Source: a virus
DNA: 64,000 bases
IMG/VR virus record: IMGVR_UViG_3300048999_000166
Span: 1 to 64,000 of that record
Strand: one strand, 5' to 3'
The notes under the pieces are model-generated. The model was not told the origin of the DNA. It was given only the letters and a program-made list of their open reading frames with translations, and made no database searches. The translations under genes were made by a program, and so were the position numbers. Position 1 is the first letter of the stretch. Every line of letters begins with the position of its first letter. Shown in pieces: positions 42,701 to 51,853 of the stretch.

Positions 42701-43964
42701 TCGGGCGCAGCAGCCCAGCGTGTCGAACACGGCTCAGCTTCAGGCTCAATCGCAGATGCGGGACGCCTCCGACGTCAAGGCGCGCGAGGAGGCGAACAAG
42801 GCCGAGAAGGACAAGCGCGAACAGGACAAGAAGGATCAGGAAGCGATCCGGACGGGACAGCTCGACAAGCACGACATCGAGCGCCGCGACGAGGAGCAGC
42901 GGATCCTCAAGAAGGACCCGAAAGACCGCACGCCTGCGGAGCAGGAGAGGCTTAAGCGCGACAATGCCTTCGACGCGAACAAGCAGGGGCTGCTCGATCG
43001 CGGCATGACGCGAGACTCGGCCGAGCGCAAGGCGGGCTTGGAGGACATTCACAACAAGCACGCCGACGACCTACGACAAGGACGCAGCGATGCCGCGGAC
43101 GATGCGCGTGCACGTTCCTTGTTCGGACAAGGGTCGACGGGCGACCAGTTCCGCAACTCACCGTTCGCCACATCACAGTGGAACAAGCACATGGACGCCC
43201 AGCACAAGGCCCAGTTCGGTGCTCAGCACGGGATCACCCCCGGGCAGGCAGCTGGTGTTATGGGCGGCAACCAGTCGTTGTTCGACGCCCAGCACGATGC
43301 TCGAAGTAAGGGCGAGGGCGACGGCAAGGACTATGGCGGAGGGCTTTCCTCCGGTCTTGACAAGACCGGTGGCGATGTCGGTGATTCGGCCGGAAAGATC
43401 GGTCAGGCCGCTATCGATGCCGCCAAGCACAAGACCAAGACACACTCCCCGTCGATGGAGTTCTACGACATCGGAACCGGACTGGGCCAGGGCATGTACC
43501 TGGGCATGTCCGAGTCCACCACGGCCGCGTTCTCCGGCTACGACCCAGCGCCCGCCATCACGGGGTCGTTGAGCGGAGGACTCGGAGCCGCGGTTCAGAA
43601 CGCCTCCTCGGGCATTACGGGGATCGCCTCCAACGCTGGGCTCGCCGTGGGGTACGTGTGGTCGAGCAGCATGATGTCCGGGGTCAACTCCGTGCTGAAG
43701 TCGGCCGACTACCAGTCGATCTCGCTTCCGCAGATCGGTAGCGCTCTGGCGAAGACCGCACTCGGCACCGATGGCCTGCTAGGCCCAGCCGGTACGGGCG
43801 GTTCTATCCCGATTAACCAGGCGGTCTCGGTTCCGGCCGCACCAGCGGCTCCGATCGTCCTGAATGTGATGCTCGACGGCACGCCGTTCAAGCAGCTGAC
43901 CGTGCAAACGGTGTCGGATGCCCTTAACGCGCTGGCTGACTCTATTCCGCAGCAGGTCGGATGA
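39717..43964 (+). CDS. tape measure protein
   Basis: 1415 aa, Ala/Gly-rich; AHSPS and THSPS motifs; position after chaperone. Confidence 0.9.
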   Translation: MAVIHLDVTGDCTGAVDALNNTSAAVDGLHGKTATVGVMVTGGSEAESGLRGVTAAGRELSGTTISVVLDSSAIAMASSDLGGLRGQVRGAASDLDAMAGSRAFSITDGGSISGMSRELVSANAAASGLAQTMGQAGHAAGAAASGIDTTTASLGGLSATGADASAGLDSMTNSAQELEKRLGSTSQVAKDARTELNALAGAGGGGGGGGALSGGFGSSSPAVRAAAANYAHSGYVAQYGQPTPPGGGGGGGGGGGGGGGGGSAGAGGARDDEGGGMRGMHGLLQGAQMVGLVALGSEAVAAAAGVMSVNAVVKDTPALARAANQSMLEFAKGVRSGSAGAAAEGVPAIHALGAELGALGNEVGKIGGAQLGNVLSSVGQLAGGATSALQALEPAIGPAISGLTNVGMGLLDGIANPQVAAAVGGLGDALSQPGIRAATADIAAGVVTDSAIITSAAGDILNTVGNVLEGVTGSPEGAQDVSGALMGGGGAAWAASKFGVKGAGLGIAGALGTAAFAQAQMEQSAGREDMVAPGMIGGGLGAMIGGMVGGPGGAVAGYMAGDALMEGAQNLPTAATDPFDSSKTDNWQSAALGVGGGALAGGAIGGLIGGVLLPGIGAIPGAMIGATLGGGGGAAYAAYGPGSGGGGGWEQHLASGQSVQPSTAAGKYGWSEDAQGNLTPNNVAPTAAQQAAATAQGGTDQSIIQAGGKLTSPDDIPDSMKPDQPKIPVGGGSGSKGLQGDSGAQVSQRQLQELGVTSSSTAGGLNQTAASAQNTTAAMNRLSSSGSSVSAPMEQVSSASTRMNSALSLTGQSAGQTTQSLNRTAQATTSVAQAVTQTASAAQPAMQSIAKLPEQASTAMSSASSSVSSGGSKMGGEIPTSMASGVRQQTSQVCDATAEMAAAAANCGKAGLNAHSPSQIFVDLGVGIGDGLAIGVRDSTPTATAAVGSAMKQVVAAGQAGLAAASPSGEFRAMGQQAVANMASGTQGSGQAAAARAQQPSVSNTAQLQAQSQMRDASDVKAREEANKAEKDKREQDKKDQEAIRTGQLDKHDIERRDEEQRILKKDPKDRTPAEQERLKRDNAFDANKQGLLDRGMTRDSAERKAGLEDIHNKHADDLRQGRSDAADDARARSLFGQGSTGDQFRNSPFATSQWNKHMDAQHKAQFGAQHGITPGQAAGVMGGNQSLFDAQHDARSKGEGDGKDYGGGLSSGLDKTGGDVGDSAGKIGQAAIDAAKHKTKTHSPSMEFYDIGTGLGQGMYLGMSESTTAAFSGYDPAPAITGSLSGGLGAAVQNASSGITGIASNAGLAVGYVWSSSMMSGVNSVLKSADYQSISLPQIGSALAKTALGTDGLLGPAGTGGSIPINQAVSVPAAPAAPIVLNVMLDGTPFKQLTVQTVSDALNALADSIPQQVG

Positions 43965-44022
43965 TAGGTGCGGCACCCCGTTAGAGCCGGGTGCCGCACC
44001 GCTCTATTAGCGTAAAGGGGGC

Positions 44023-45696
44023 TTGATGGCTAGCTTGACGACCCAGGTTATCCGGCCGAATAGCACGCCTCAAGCGGGCACGGGTATTACCATCACCGGG
44101 ACCGGGCCGGCCAGTACTGTGTTGGCGGACAACCTGGATACCACTTTTATCTCCATTAATGGACTCTGCCGGCTGGATAACCAGGTTCTGCGGGTCGGGT
44201 TCCCCACCCCCACTATTCCAACGGGGGCGAAGGTTTATTCAGTAGGTCTTCGCCGCCGCACCTTTACTCAGATCGCCTCCACTCCAGCTCCCACTATTCC
44301 GGTGTGCAACCACTGGCTCCGGTCAGTGACCGGTTCGATCTCTATCGCCGGCCAGATTCAAGCTATTCAGAAGTACTTCTTCAACAGCAACTGCCCGACC
44401 TCTCCCCCGACCGCCCCGACCGTTCCGGTGTGGATCGAGGAGAACCTTGGGACGTTCCTCACCGGCCCTGGTGGGCAGCCGTGGGACCCCACCACCAACC
44501 TGGTCGGGTTGACCTACGACATCGGTCGCGACGATGCGAGCACCACCACCACGTTGAGCGTGAGCGCGGTCTACCTGGACGTCACCTACCAGCAGGCCAG
44601 CTCGATCACCGTCACCGGTCCGACTGGCACCGTCAGCTCGACGCGCCCGACGGTCACCTGGACCTACGCGAGCCCGGACTCGCAGCCGCAGGCCGCCTAC
44701 AACATCGCCATCTATACGGCGGCTCAGGTGGCCAGCCTCGGCTTCTCCCCGTTCGTCACGGTGCCGGTGCAGACCTCCGGGGTGACCCTGGGCGAAGATC
44801 TGTCCTGGACGCTCACCAGCGACGTCACGGACGGCACCTACTCCGCCTACGTCCAGGCGTTCTCGCAGTGGTCGGGACCGGGCACTTTCCCGACGGCGGT
44901 CGCTTCGACGACCTGGACGCGCGTCGCTACGCCGGCTAGCCCCCCGCCAGCGGCAGTGCTGAACACCGCGGTCTTCGACGTCACCAACAACCGTGTGCAG
45001 CTCGCGTTCCAACCGGGCGGCACCACTCCCGCGACGACCGCCTTCTTGGTGCAGGCCTCGCGCGACAACGGGACGAGTTGGACCGCCATCCCGAGCTTGT
45101 CCTACCTGCCCGCGAACGGGATGACCCCGCTCTCGGTCTACGAGTACACCGCTCCTCTGAATGTGCTCAGCCAGTACCGGGTGATCGCCTACAGCGGCTC
45201 GGTGTTGGTGGCGGCCCAGTCTCCCTCGAACGTCTTGTCGGTGACCCCGTTCGGGGACAAGCACTGGTTGAAGAATCCGAACAATCCGCTGCTCAACACG
45301 GTGCTGCCGGTCGCGGTCTCGAAGAGCGACACCGGCATCAAGGTGACCAAGCGCCGCACGATGGGCACCTTCTTCCCGCTCAGCGCCGATGGCTCGGAGG
45401 CGCTGCCGTTCATCGTCGGTGGTCCGACGCACGGCGACGAATACGAGATCGAGCTGTTCTTCGAACTCGATGACCTGCTCAACGTCTGGCCCGTCGTCGA
45501 TGAGCTGGACCGTACCGGCGGGACGCTGCTGCTGCAGAAGCCCGACGGCTCGCAGGTCTGGGTCGCGCTCGGCCCCGGAGCGAGTGGCCAGGACACCACG
45601 GAGAACTACAACGCGCTGCCCGGCGTCCCCACCCGAGTTCAGTGGCGGCGGCGGAAATTGGTCATGACCCAGACGCGCGTACCGGACTACTACTGA
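44023..45696 (+). CDS. minor tail protein (distal tail-like)
   Basis: Directly after TMP; beta-rich; C-terminal HWLKNPNNP...LLLQKPDG. Confidence 0.7.
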   Translation: MMASLTTQVIRPNSTPQAGTGITITGTGPASTVLADNLDTTFISINGLCRLDNQVLRVGFPTPTIPTGAKVYSVGLRRRTFTQIASTPAPTIPVCNHWLRSVTGSISIAGQIQAIQKYFFNSNCPTSPPTAPTVPVWIEENLGTFLTGPGGQPWDPTTNLVGLTYDIGRDDASTTTTLSVSAVYLDVTYQQASSITVTGPTGTVSSTRPTVTWTYASPDSQPQAAYNIAIYTAAQVASLGFSPFVTVPVQTSGVTLGEDLSWTLTSDVTDGTYSAYVQAFSQWSGPGTFPTAVASTTWTRVATPASPPPAAVLNTAVFDVTNNRVQLAFQPGGTTPATTAFLVQASRDNGTSWTAIPSLSYLPANGMTPLSVYEYTAPLNVLSQYRVIAYSGSVLVAAQSPSNVLSVTPFGDKHWLKNPNNPLLNTVLPVAVSKSDTGIKVTKRRTMGTFFPLSADGSEALPFIVGGPTHGDEYEIELFFELDDLLNVWPVVDELDRTGGTLLLQKPDGSQVWVALGPGASGQDTTENYNALPGVPTRVQWRRRKLVMTQTRVPDYY

Positions 45697-45709
45697 GGAG
45701 GAGCTGTCG

Positions 45710-46096
45710 ATGCAAGGTCGTACTCCTGATTTTGACGCCACCGCGCGGAAACCGCACACCGCTGTTTCTCGCGTTGATGTCATCCAGAAGGACGCCGTAG
45801 TCAACTACCTCCAGGTGCACGCGGGCGTGGTGACAGCGGATCGAGCAGCCGCTCTGATGCGGACTATCCAGGTGGAGGTGAGCGACCCAAATGGGGTGCT
45901 CACCCCGTTGGGAATGACGTCGCAGCTTGCTCCGTTCGGTACTCGAATGCAGGTATGGCGAGGAGTGCGCATCAAGAGTACCGAGGTTGTGACCGCGTTC
46001 TATAATGCGGCCAATCCTTGGACGCCGCTCACCCCGACCGGGGTGATGAATGGTGTCAAGATGGACACTGATGGCGGACTCGTCCTGGGACCGTGA
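45710..46096 (+). CDS. N-terminal part of DUF5047-like minor tail protein
   Basis: VTADRAAALMRT...LAPFGTRMQVWRGV. Confidence 0.6.
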   Translation: MQGRTPDFDATARKPHTAVSRVDVIQKDAVVNYLQVHAGVVTADRAAALMRTIQVEVSDPNGVLTPLGMTSQLAPFGTRMQVWRGVRIKSTEVVTAFYNAANPWTPLTPTGVMNGVKMDTDGGLVLGP

Positions 46097-46614
46097 CGAT
46101 GTTTGAAGCGTTGGCGGAGCATCCTAAGATTCTGGTGACCGGGCCAGGTCGTTCCGGAACGACTATCGCGGGGAAAATGATCGCGCAAGACACCGGCCAT
46201 CGATACGAAGATGAAGGAGGATTCAGAGGTAATCGCATAGACTTGTTTCGTGACCTGGTCGCCCGTGAGAGCGACGTAGTCGTACAGTGCCCGCTCATGT
46301 TTCGAGTTATTATCGACAACCCTCCGCCTGATGTGTTCGTCGTTGTTATGCGGAGGAACGTGGACGATATTAGAAATAGCTTCAACCAAGTATTGCGGTT
46401 GATGAACACCGCTAGCAACGTTGATGCTGGTGTGGTTGCCCAGGAGTATTACGATTACTGGGATGGACATGCTAAGCCATTTCCATTCCTTGAACTTAAC
46501 TACGACGCAATAACGGATCATTCGTTGTATGTGCCGCCGGAGCGCCGCGTCAACTTCGGGATTAAGCAGACCGAGGAAGGGGGTGCGGAATGGCCCAACA
46601 GCTACAATTCCTAG
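46093..46614 (+). CDS. P-loop sulfotransferase/kinase-like protein
   Basis: ILVTGPGRSGTT, VVVMRRN, ELNYD; lower GC. Confidence 0.6.
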   Translation: MTMFEALAEHPKILVTGPGRSGTTIAGKMIAQDTGHRYEDEGGFRGNRIDLFRDLVARESDVVVQCPLMFRVIIDNPPPDVFVVVMRRNVDDIRNSFNQVLRLMNTASNVDAGVVAQEYYDYWDGHAKPFPFLELNYDAITDHSLYVPPERRVNFGIKQTEEGGAEWPNSYNS

Positions 46615-47342
46615 ATATGAGCGTTTCGCTCACTCCTCCCGCTGGGTATTTGCAACCGCAGCCGATCCCATTGGGGCCGAACAGATTGCCCAATGATATC
46701 AGGCTAGCGTTTATTACCGCATCAGGCGTCACCGGCGGTTCGATGCTAGAGATGCAATTGCAGCCTGATCCCCCAACTGGGTTTACCGCCGCATACTCGA
46801 TCAATCCTGGACTTGAGACTCACGGGGTCTACTACCGCCGGATTACAGCCACTGACACCGACAACGTAAACGTAACCTGGGCCAAACCCACAAACTGGCA
46901 GCATTTCATGTTCGCCACCATGACCGTGCGTGGCGTGAGCCCCACCTCCACTCCTACGGGGGGCTGGTTGAGGCTCAGCCAGACCAGCGGTGACACAGCT
47001 GCGGTAGCGGCATCAGTGACCGTCCCCGGTCCCGGCGTCATGGTCTTCATGGCGGGCACTGTTCCTGACCCGTGGGCCAGCAGCGGTGTCGCGCCGTCCT
47101 GGGCGGTGGCCTTGGGAGCCCCCACTGGGTGGACGAACCTGGTGGCTACCGATAAATCCGGAGCGACCTTCTTTCAGTACGGTACGGATCCTAGTTTGAT
47201 CCTAGTGGCAAAGACATTCTCCGCTTCCGGAACAACGGGCGCTGTCTCATTCCCCAGTGCGCGAGGCGCTCCCGCTATGACGGGTCTGTACGTGTTCTTG
47301 ACGGCATCGTCGGATGTTTCAGTCGGCATAGGTGCGGCTTGA
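46590..47342 (+). CDS. beta-rich virion protein
   Basis: Tail-region, Thr/Gly-rich. Confidence 0.6.
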   Translation: MAQQLQFLDMSVSLTPPAGYLQPQPIPLGPNRLPNDIRLAFITASGVTGGSMLEMQLQPDPPTGFTAAYSINPGLETHGVYYRRITATDTDNVNVTWAKPTNWQHFMFATMTVRGVSPTSTPTGGWLRLSQTSGDTAAVAASVTVPGPGVMVFMAGTVPDPWASSGVAPSWAVALGAPTGWTNLVATDKSGATFFQYGTDPSLILVAKTFSASGTTGAVSFPSARGAPAMTGLYVFLTASSDVSVGIGAA

Positions 47343-47363
47343 TCATTCCAGGAAGGGCGCTCC

Positions 47364-47864
47364 ATGACTGCTTACTTGTGTAGAAATGATCAGAGCAACA
47401 TAGTGGGTGGCAGTATCGCCATTCGTGCGGTTAACTACGAAATTCGTCTTAATATCGTTAATATTTGGACGTGGACCGGTGCCGGAGTGTGTAAAATTTA
47501 CCGGCACGAGAATTCCACCATAACTGGTGGGACCACGATACCAATTGCGGCTCTTCGTCACGGGGCCCCGGCTGCGTCAGCCACCGCAAAACTCGGCGTT
47601 GTCGGGTCGGGCCTGACGCTGACGGGCACCCAGAGGGTGCTTGGTTCTACATATGTGGCGACTGGTGAGACGTCGAGCATTGTGGGCACCTCGGTGATCA
47701 ATACCTACCCGGGACAGACCGGGCAGCTTCAGTCTCCGTTGACGCTTACGATAACCCCCGGAAGTGTCCTTCGCATTGGTCCGCCTGCCGGTGGACCGAT
47801 CATCGACTACGCCAATGGCGTCGAGATTTACTTCGAGGAGCTGCGGCTCACGGGCAGTTCTTGA
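47364..47864 (+). CDS. virion protein, paralogue A
   Basis: Aligns by eye with the next gene. Confidence 0.6.
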   Translation: MTAYLCRNDQSNIVGGSIAIRAVNYEIRLNIVNIWTWTGAGVCKIYRHENSTITGGTTIPIAALRHGAPAASATAKLGVVGSGLTLTGTQRVLGSTYVATGETSSIVGTSVINTYPGQTGQLQSPLTLTITPGSVLRIGPPAGGPIIDYANGVEIYFEELRLTGSS

Positions 47865-47879
47865 GGCGGCAATGTCAAT

Positions 47880-48395
47880 ATGACTGGATATTACGTAGGA
47901 TTTGACCAATCGGTAGACGGCGCTTCCATGGCTATCAGAGCGGTTACCTATGAATTACGCATCGCTCAAATCACTTTCTGGAACGTTAGCTCAGGCGGCT
48001 TCGTACTAAACATAAATAGACGCACCGGCTCGTCATTAAGCGGCGGTAGTGCTCTCGACGTTGTTCCTCTTAGACAGGGCGCGCCAGCCGCGACGTGTAC
48101 GGCTCGGGTTGGTACTTCCTTGACCGTATCCGGCACCAATACCGTAGTTGGTAGCACATACGTACCTCCCGGAGAGACGTCATCTTTGTACGTATCAGGG
48201 CCGGTTGTTTCCGTTCTCCACACCTATCCTGGGTCGACCGCAAACGCCAATTCTCCGCTGCCACTGACGATCTCTCCCGGCAGCGTCCTGCAGATCGCTG
48301 GTGGATTCTCACAAACAACCCAGTACGGGGGTCTGTATACCGCCATGGGTTGCAACATCTACTTCGACGAGCTGCGCCTACCGGGAAGTTACTAA
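47880..48395 (+). CDS. virion protein, paralogue B
   Basis: AIRAVTYELR, PLRQGAPAA, FDELRL shared with 47364-47864. Confidence 0.6.
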   Translation: MTGYYVGFDQSVDGASMAIRAVTYELRIAQITFWNVSSGGFVLNINRRTGSSLSGGSALDVVPLRQGAPAATCTARVGTSLTVSGTNTVVGSTYVPPGETSSLYVSGPVVSVLHTYPGSTANANSPLPLTISPGSVLQIAGGFSQTTQYGGLYTAMGCNIYFDELRLPGSY

Positions 48396-48412
48396 ATGTC
48401 CATTAGCGAAGA

Positions 48413-48877
48413 TTGGGGGCAAATGCTTTGGCTAACTTTGTATTCCCATGCGCGAAGGGCCGCTTTGTAGAGAAGTACTCTTTATTGACCGGTAGCGACA
48501 ACATCGTCGTGGTGCTTCTCCAGTCCACCGGCCTCCAGGCGGACGCCACGCTCGCCGGCTACACGAACCTCGGGGCTCTCCTGGCGGCCACATCGGACGA
48601 GGCGACGTTCACGAACTACGCACGCATCATCCTGGCCAGCGGCAACATCACTATCACGACCACGACCACCGTCACAGTTTCTCTGACCGGCAACCTGGTG
48701 TGGAACTCCGCCGGTGGGGCGCTGAACAACGTCCTCGGGGCAGCTTTGACCTGCTATCGCCCGACGTCGGGCTCGGCGGACTCCGCGATCATCCCGCTGA
48801 CCAAGCACGACTTCAGCACCACGACGGCGGGCGGCAACCTGACGGGCACGGTCACCACGATCGCTACGGCGGTGTGA
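48413..48877 (+). CDS. minor tail protein
   Basis: DEATFTNYARIIL pattern. Confidence 0.6.
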   Translation: MGANALANFVFPCAKGRFVEKYSLLTGSDNIVVVLLQSTGLQADATLAGYTNLGALLAATSDEATFTNYARIILASGNITITTTTTVTVSLTGNLVWNSAGGALNNVLGAALTCYRPTSGSADSAIIPLTKHDFSTTTAGGNLTGTVTTIATAV

Positions 48878-48880
48878 ACC

Positions 48881-50209
48881 ATGGCCGAGACCGATACCGC
48901 CTCGACGATCACCCCGAGTCTCTCGACGGCCAGCACCTTCGCCATCGGTGCCGCCCGCGAGACCGACACCGCCGGCCCGGCCTACAACACGCTGTTCGGG
49001 TTCTGGGTCAGCGACCCGCTGCTGCTGCCCGGCACCCCGGTCACCGCGTCGGTGGTCCGCTGGAGCGCGACCGTACCCGCCGGCACCACGCTCACGGTCG
49101 AGACCAGTATCAACAACGGGGCGAGCTGGGACCTCGCGGCCAACAACGCTCCCATCCCGCGGCTGCACGAGGGTGATACTACGACCCGGTTCGTGCTGGC
49201 ACGGGTCACCTTGACCCGTGCGACCGCAGGGACTACCTCCCCGAAGGTCACTTCCTTCGAAATGGACGTCTCGCTGGACGCGAGCACGGACGAGATTGTC
49301 CCGTTGGGACACGGAATGATCGACAAAGTTACGGTCAGATCCGTCGCTGGGTCGACCGGAGCCGGTAGCTCGACGAGCGCTCCTTCATCTAGTGCGGTCA
49401 CCGCCAAAGGCGGCGGTCAGATGGGGGCGAGCACCTCTCTACTGGTGCATGTCACTGATCTAGGCCGGGCCATTAAGCGAAACGTGTGGCAAGAGCCCTA
49501 CACCGTGGCGGCCGGAATTAATTACGCCGACGCCGCGAAAGCGATGGTGCTGGACAGGCTCCCTTCTCAGAAAGACTTCTCCCTTTCGTCGACCACTCGT
49601 GTGTTGCCGGATGTCGTTGTCTATGGCATGAACCAGGGCGGCGACCCCTGGCAGGACATCATGGAGCTGGCGACCGCGATCGGGTTCGAAGCTTATTTCG
49701 ACCCATCGGGAGTCTTCGTGTTCCGTCCAGTTCCTGACCCCTCTACCGGCGATCCGGTATGGGTGTTCGATGAGGACTCGAACCCGCTGGTGTCGGAGTC
49801 TTCCCGGGAACTGAGCGACGATCAGACGTTCAATCATATCGTCGTCATCGGTCAATCAACGTCCTCGCAGAATGCGGTTAACGCGGAAGCGTTCGACAAC
49901 AACCCGAACTCACCGACATATATTCTCGGACCGTACGGATCGGTATCGGAGCGATTGACATTCTCGCTCATCACTACCGCCGATCAAGCACAGGCCGCCG
50001 CCAACGCCATTCTCAGCAACTCGATTGGCGCTTCTGACCAGGTCACGATCACCTGCGTGCCTCACCCGGCGTTGGAGCCGGGAGACATCGTCAAGATCAA
50101 AATTGGTGACGCCAACGTCGATGGTAACTACATGATCAATTCCATGACGACGTCGTTGTCCTCCGCTGACCCACAGCAGCTCGTGTGCTTCCGCCAGTCC
50201 ACCAAGTGA
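48881..50209 (+). CDS. C-terminal part of DUF5047-like minor tail (hub) protein
   Basis: DEIVPLG, DPWQDIMELATAIGFEAYFDPSG, FNHIVVIG, PHPALEPGDIV. Confidence 0.7.
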   Translation: MAETDTASTITPSLSTASTFAIGAARETDTAGPAYNTLFGFWVSDPLLLPGTPVTASVVRWSATVPAGTTLTVETSINNGASWDLAANNAPIPRLHEGDTTTRFVLARVTLTRATAGTTSPKVTSFEMDVSLDASTDEIVPLGHGMIDKVTVRSVAGSTGAGSSTSAPSSSAVTAKGGGQMGASTSLLVHVTDLGRAIKRNVWQEPYTVAAGINYADAAKAMVLDRLPSQKDFSLSSTTRVLPDVVVYGMNQGGDPWQDIMELATAIGFEAYFDPSGVFVFRPVPDPSTGDPVWVFDEDSNPLVSESSRELSDDQTFNHIVVIGQSTSSQNAVNAEAFDNNPNSPTYILGPYGSVSERLTFSLITTADQAQAAANAILSNSIGASDQVTITCVPHPALEPGDIVKIKIGDANVDGNYMINSMTTSLSSADPQQLVCFRQSTK

Positions 50210-50212
50210 GGA

Positions 50213-50530
50213 GTGACCATGGACGCTGCTATCGCCCGGCTGGCTCGCAACATCAAGCGCGGCGGGAACTCTACGGCGTGGGTGCCGCGCGATCAGCGCG
50301 TCTCGATGCATCTCGGGTCGATCGGGAACGTCGATCTGTTCAACGGGATCGTCGACTTCGAGTACAACGACCCGAGCGGGCTGGTAATCCCCGGGGTGAC
50401 CTTCCTGCAGACCTACTCGGCCTCGAACCCCCCAGCCCAGGGGCACACCGTCTGGCTGCAGCACTTCGGTACTGACGTCATGGTGATGGGCCAGCAGGTG
50501 AACCCGACGAACATCGTTATTCCATCATGA
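50213..50530 (+). CDS. small tail-tip protein
   Basis: YSASNPPAQGHTVWL OB-like spike pattern. Confidence 0.55.
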   Translation: MTMDAAIARLARNIKRGGNSTAWVPRDQRVSMHLGSIGNVDLFNGIVDFEYNDPSGLVIPGVTFLQTYSASNPPAQGHTVWLQHFGTDVMVMGQQVNPTNIVIPS

Positions 50531-50925
50531 TGACGGAGTGTTCCGATTCCAAGCTCGCCGTCCTGGTCTTCAATCTGTTCATCCCGCAGGGCGCCGACTG
50601 GCCGGGCATCAACTACCCGATCATCGGGCCCGACGGTGAGCCCTACGACCTGACCGGGTGCACCGCCAAGGCACAGATCCGGGCGCACCCAACGTCGGAT
50701 GAAATCTTCTTCACCTGGTCGACCAGTCCTACCACTGGCCAGGGGCTGATCACGCTCACCGGCACCACCTTGAATATCCGCCTGCTGGCCACGGAATCAG
50801 CTCCGTGGTTCTTTACTCAAGGCGCCTACGACATATTGCTCACCAATCCGGCTGCGCCGGTGGGGTTGCGCGTGTCGCGGGTGGCCATGGGTTCCGTCAC
50901 CGTCTCCCCCGAGGTTACTCAATGA
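50527..50925 (+). CDS. baseplate/tail accessory protein
   Basis: IPQGADW, DLTGCTAKAQIR, GAYDILL, GSVTVSPEVT. Confidence 0.65.
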   Translation: MMTECSDSKLAVLVFNLFIPQGADWPGINYPIIGPDGEPYDLTGCTAKAQIRAHPTSDEIFFTWSTSPTTGQGLITLTGTTLNIRLLATESAPWFFTQGAYDILLTNPAAPVGLRVSRVAMGSVTVSPEVTQ

Positions 50926-51131
50926 GTGTTAAGCGTACGTGCATTTACTGCAACCAGGAAGATGACCACCCCAAGCACGAACGAATTCTTCCTGGGTTCG
51001 TTTCGGTGTACGGGCACATGGATTGCTGCGCGACGGCCACTGATTGTGAGTTGTGCGGTCCCGTAGTGAAGTCCGCTAACGGAAAGCGCGGAGAAGACCT
51101 TCGCGCGCACATCATGAATGGGGAGGGCTAA
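50922..51131 (+). CDS. small Cys/His protein
   Basis: CIYCNQEDDHPKH...HMDCC...CELC. Confidence 0.6.
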   Translation: MSVKRTCIYCNQEDDHPKHERILPGFVSVYGHMDCCATATDCELCGPVVKSANGKRGEDLRAHIMNGEG

Positions 51132-51134
51132 CTC

Positions 51135-51449
51135 GTGCCCCGTGACGTGAACACGTTTACCATCGGTCCCGCCGGAGCCGTACTGGAACTAGGGTCACAG
51201 ATCCCGCAAGACGGTCTAGTGCATCTAAAAAACCTTGGACCGAATGTGGTGTGGCTGCACGATACCTTTGCGGGATCCGGCGTCACGGTTTCCGATGGTC
51301 ATGAGGGGGACAATTCTTATCCAATGTGCCCTGGGGATTCGGTAAAGGTTCGTGTCCCGGAATACCCAGTTCCGGCTGAGACCCTAGTCCCAGCAGTGAC
51401 GTCTATTACCACTGGATCAACTGTCGTATTTATCGTGGAAGGTAGCTAA
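51135..51449 (+). CDS. hypothetical beta-rich protein
   Basis: Tail operon. Confidence 0.55.
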   Translation: MPRDVNTFTIGPAGAVLELGSQIPQDGLVHLKNLGPNVVWLHDTFAGSGVTVSDGHEGDNSYPMCPGDSVKVRVPEYPVPAETLVPAVTSITTGSTVVFIVEGS

Positions 51450-51453
51450 CCTC

Positions 51454-51849
51454 ATGGGAAACGTTGTCATTGTCGAGGCGAACAAGCTCCTGACCTCTAG
51501 CGTGACGGGGGCGGCGTACACCGCCGCGACCACCCCGGTCAATCTGGCGCTAACGACCGGCACCGTGGGTGACGGCACCACGGCTGGCACAGAGGTGACC
51601 GGCGGCTCCTACGCGCGCGTGACCACGGCTAGCGGCTGGGGGACCGCATCCGCCGGATCTATCACCAACACCGGAACATTCAGCTTCACCAACATGCCTG
51701 GGCCTATCACTATCACGGGAATCGAGCTGTGGGACTCGGCCGGCACTCCGATTCGGAGGTGGTTCGGGGCGTTGACCGCCAGCAAGACCGTGAACTCGGG
51801 CGATACGGTGACCTTCGCCGCGTCCAGCATCGTGATCTCGCTGACGTAG
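51454..51849 (+). CDS. tail fibre-associated structural protein
   Basis: EVTGGSYAR, FTNMP, GIELWD, KTVNSGDT pattern. Confidence 0.7.
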   Translation: MGNVVIVEANKLLTSSVTGAAYTAATTPVNLALTTGTVGDGTTAGTEVTGGSYARVTTASGWGTASAGSITNTGTFSFTNMPGPITITGIELWDSAGTPIRRWFGALTASKTVNSGDTVTFAASSIVISLT

Positions 51850-51853
51850 GTCA

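Noticed and set aside
31569-45804. Long antisense ORFs (31569-33056, 33063-34088, 37739-38929, 41928-43061, 44323-45804) and many similar ones
   Set aside because: Shadows of high-GC genes on the opposite strand; no motifs or RBS.
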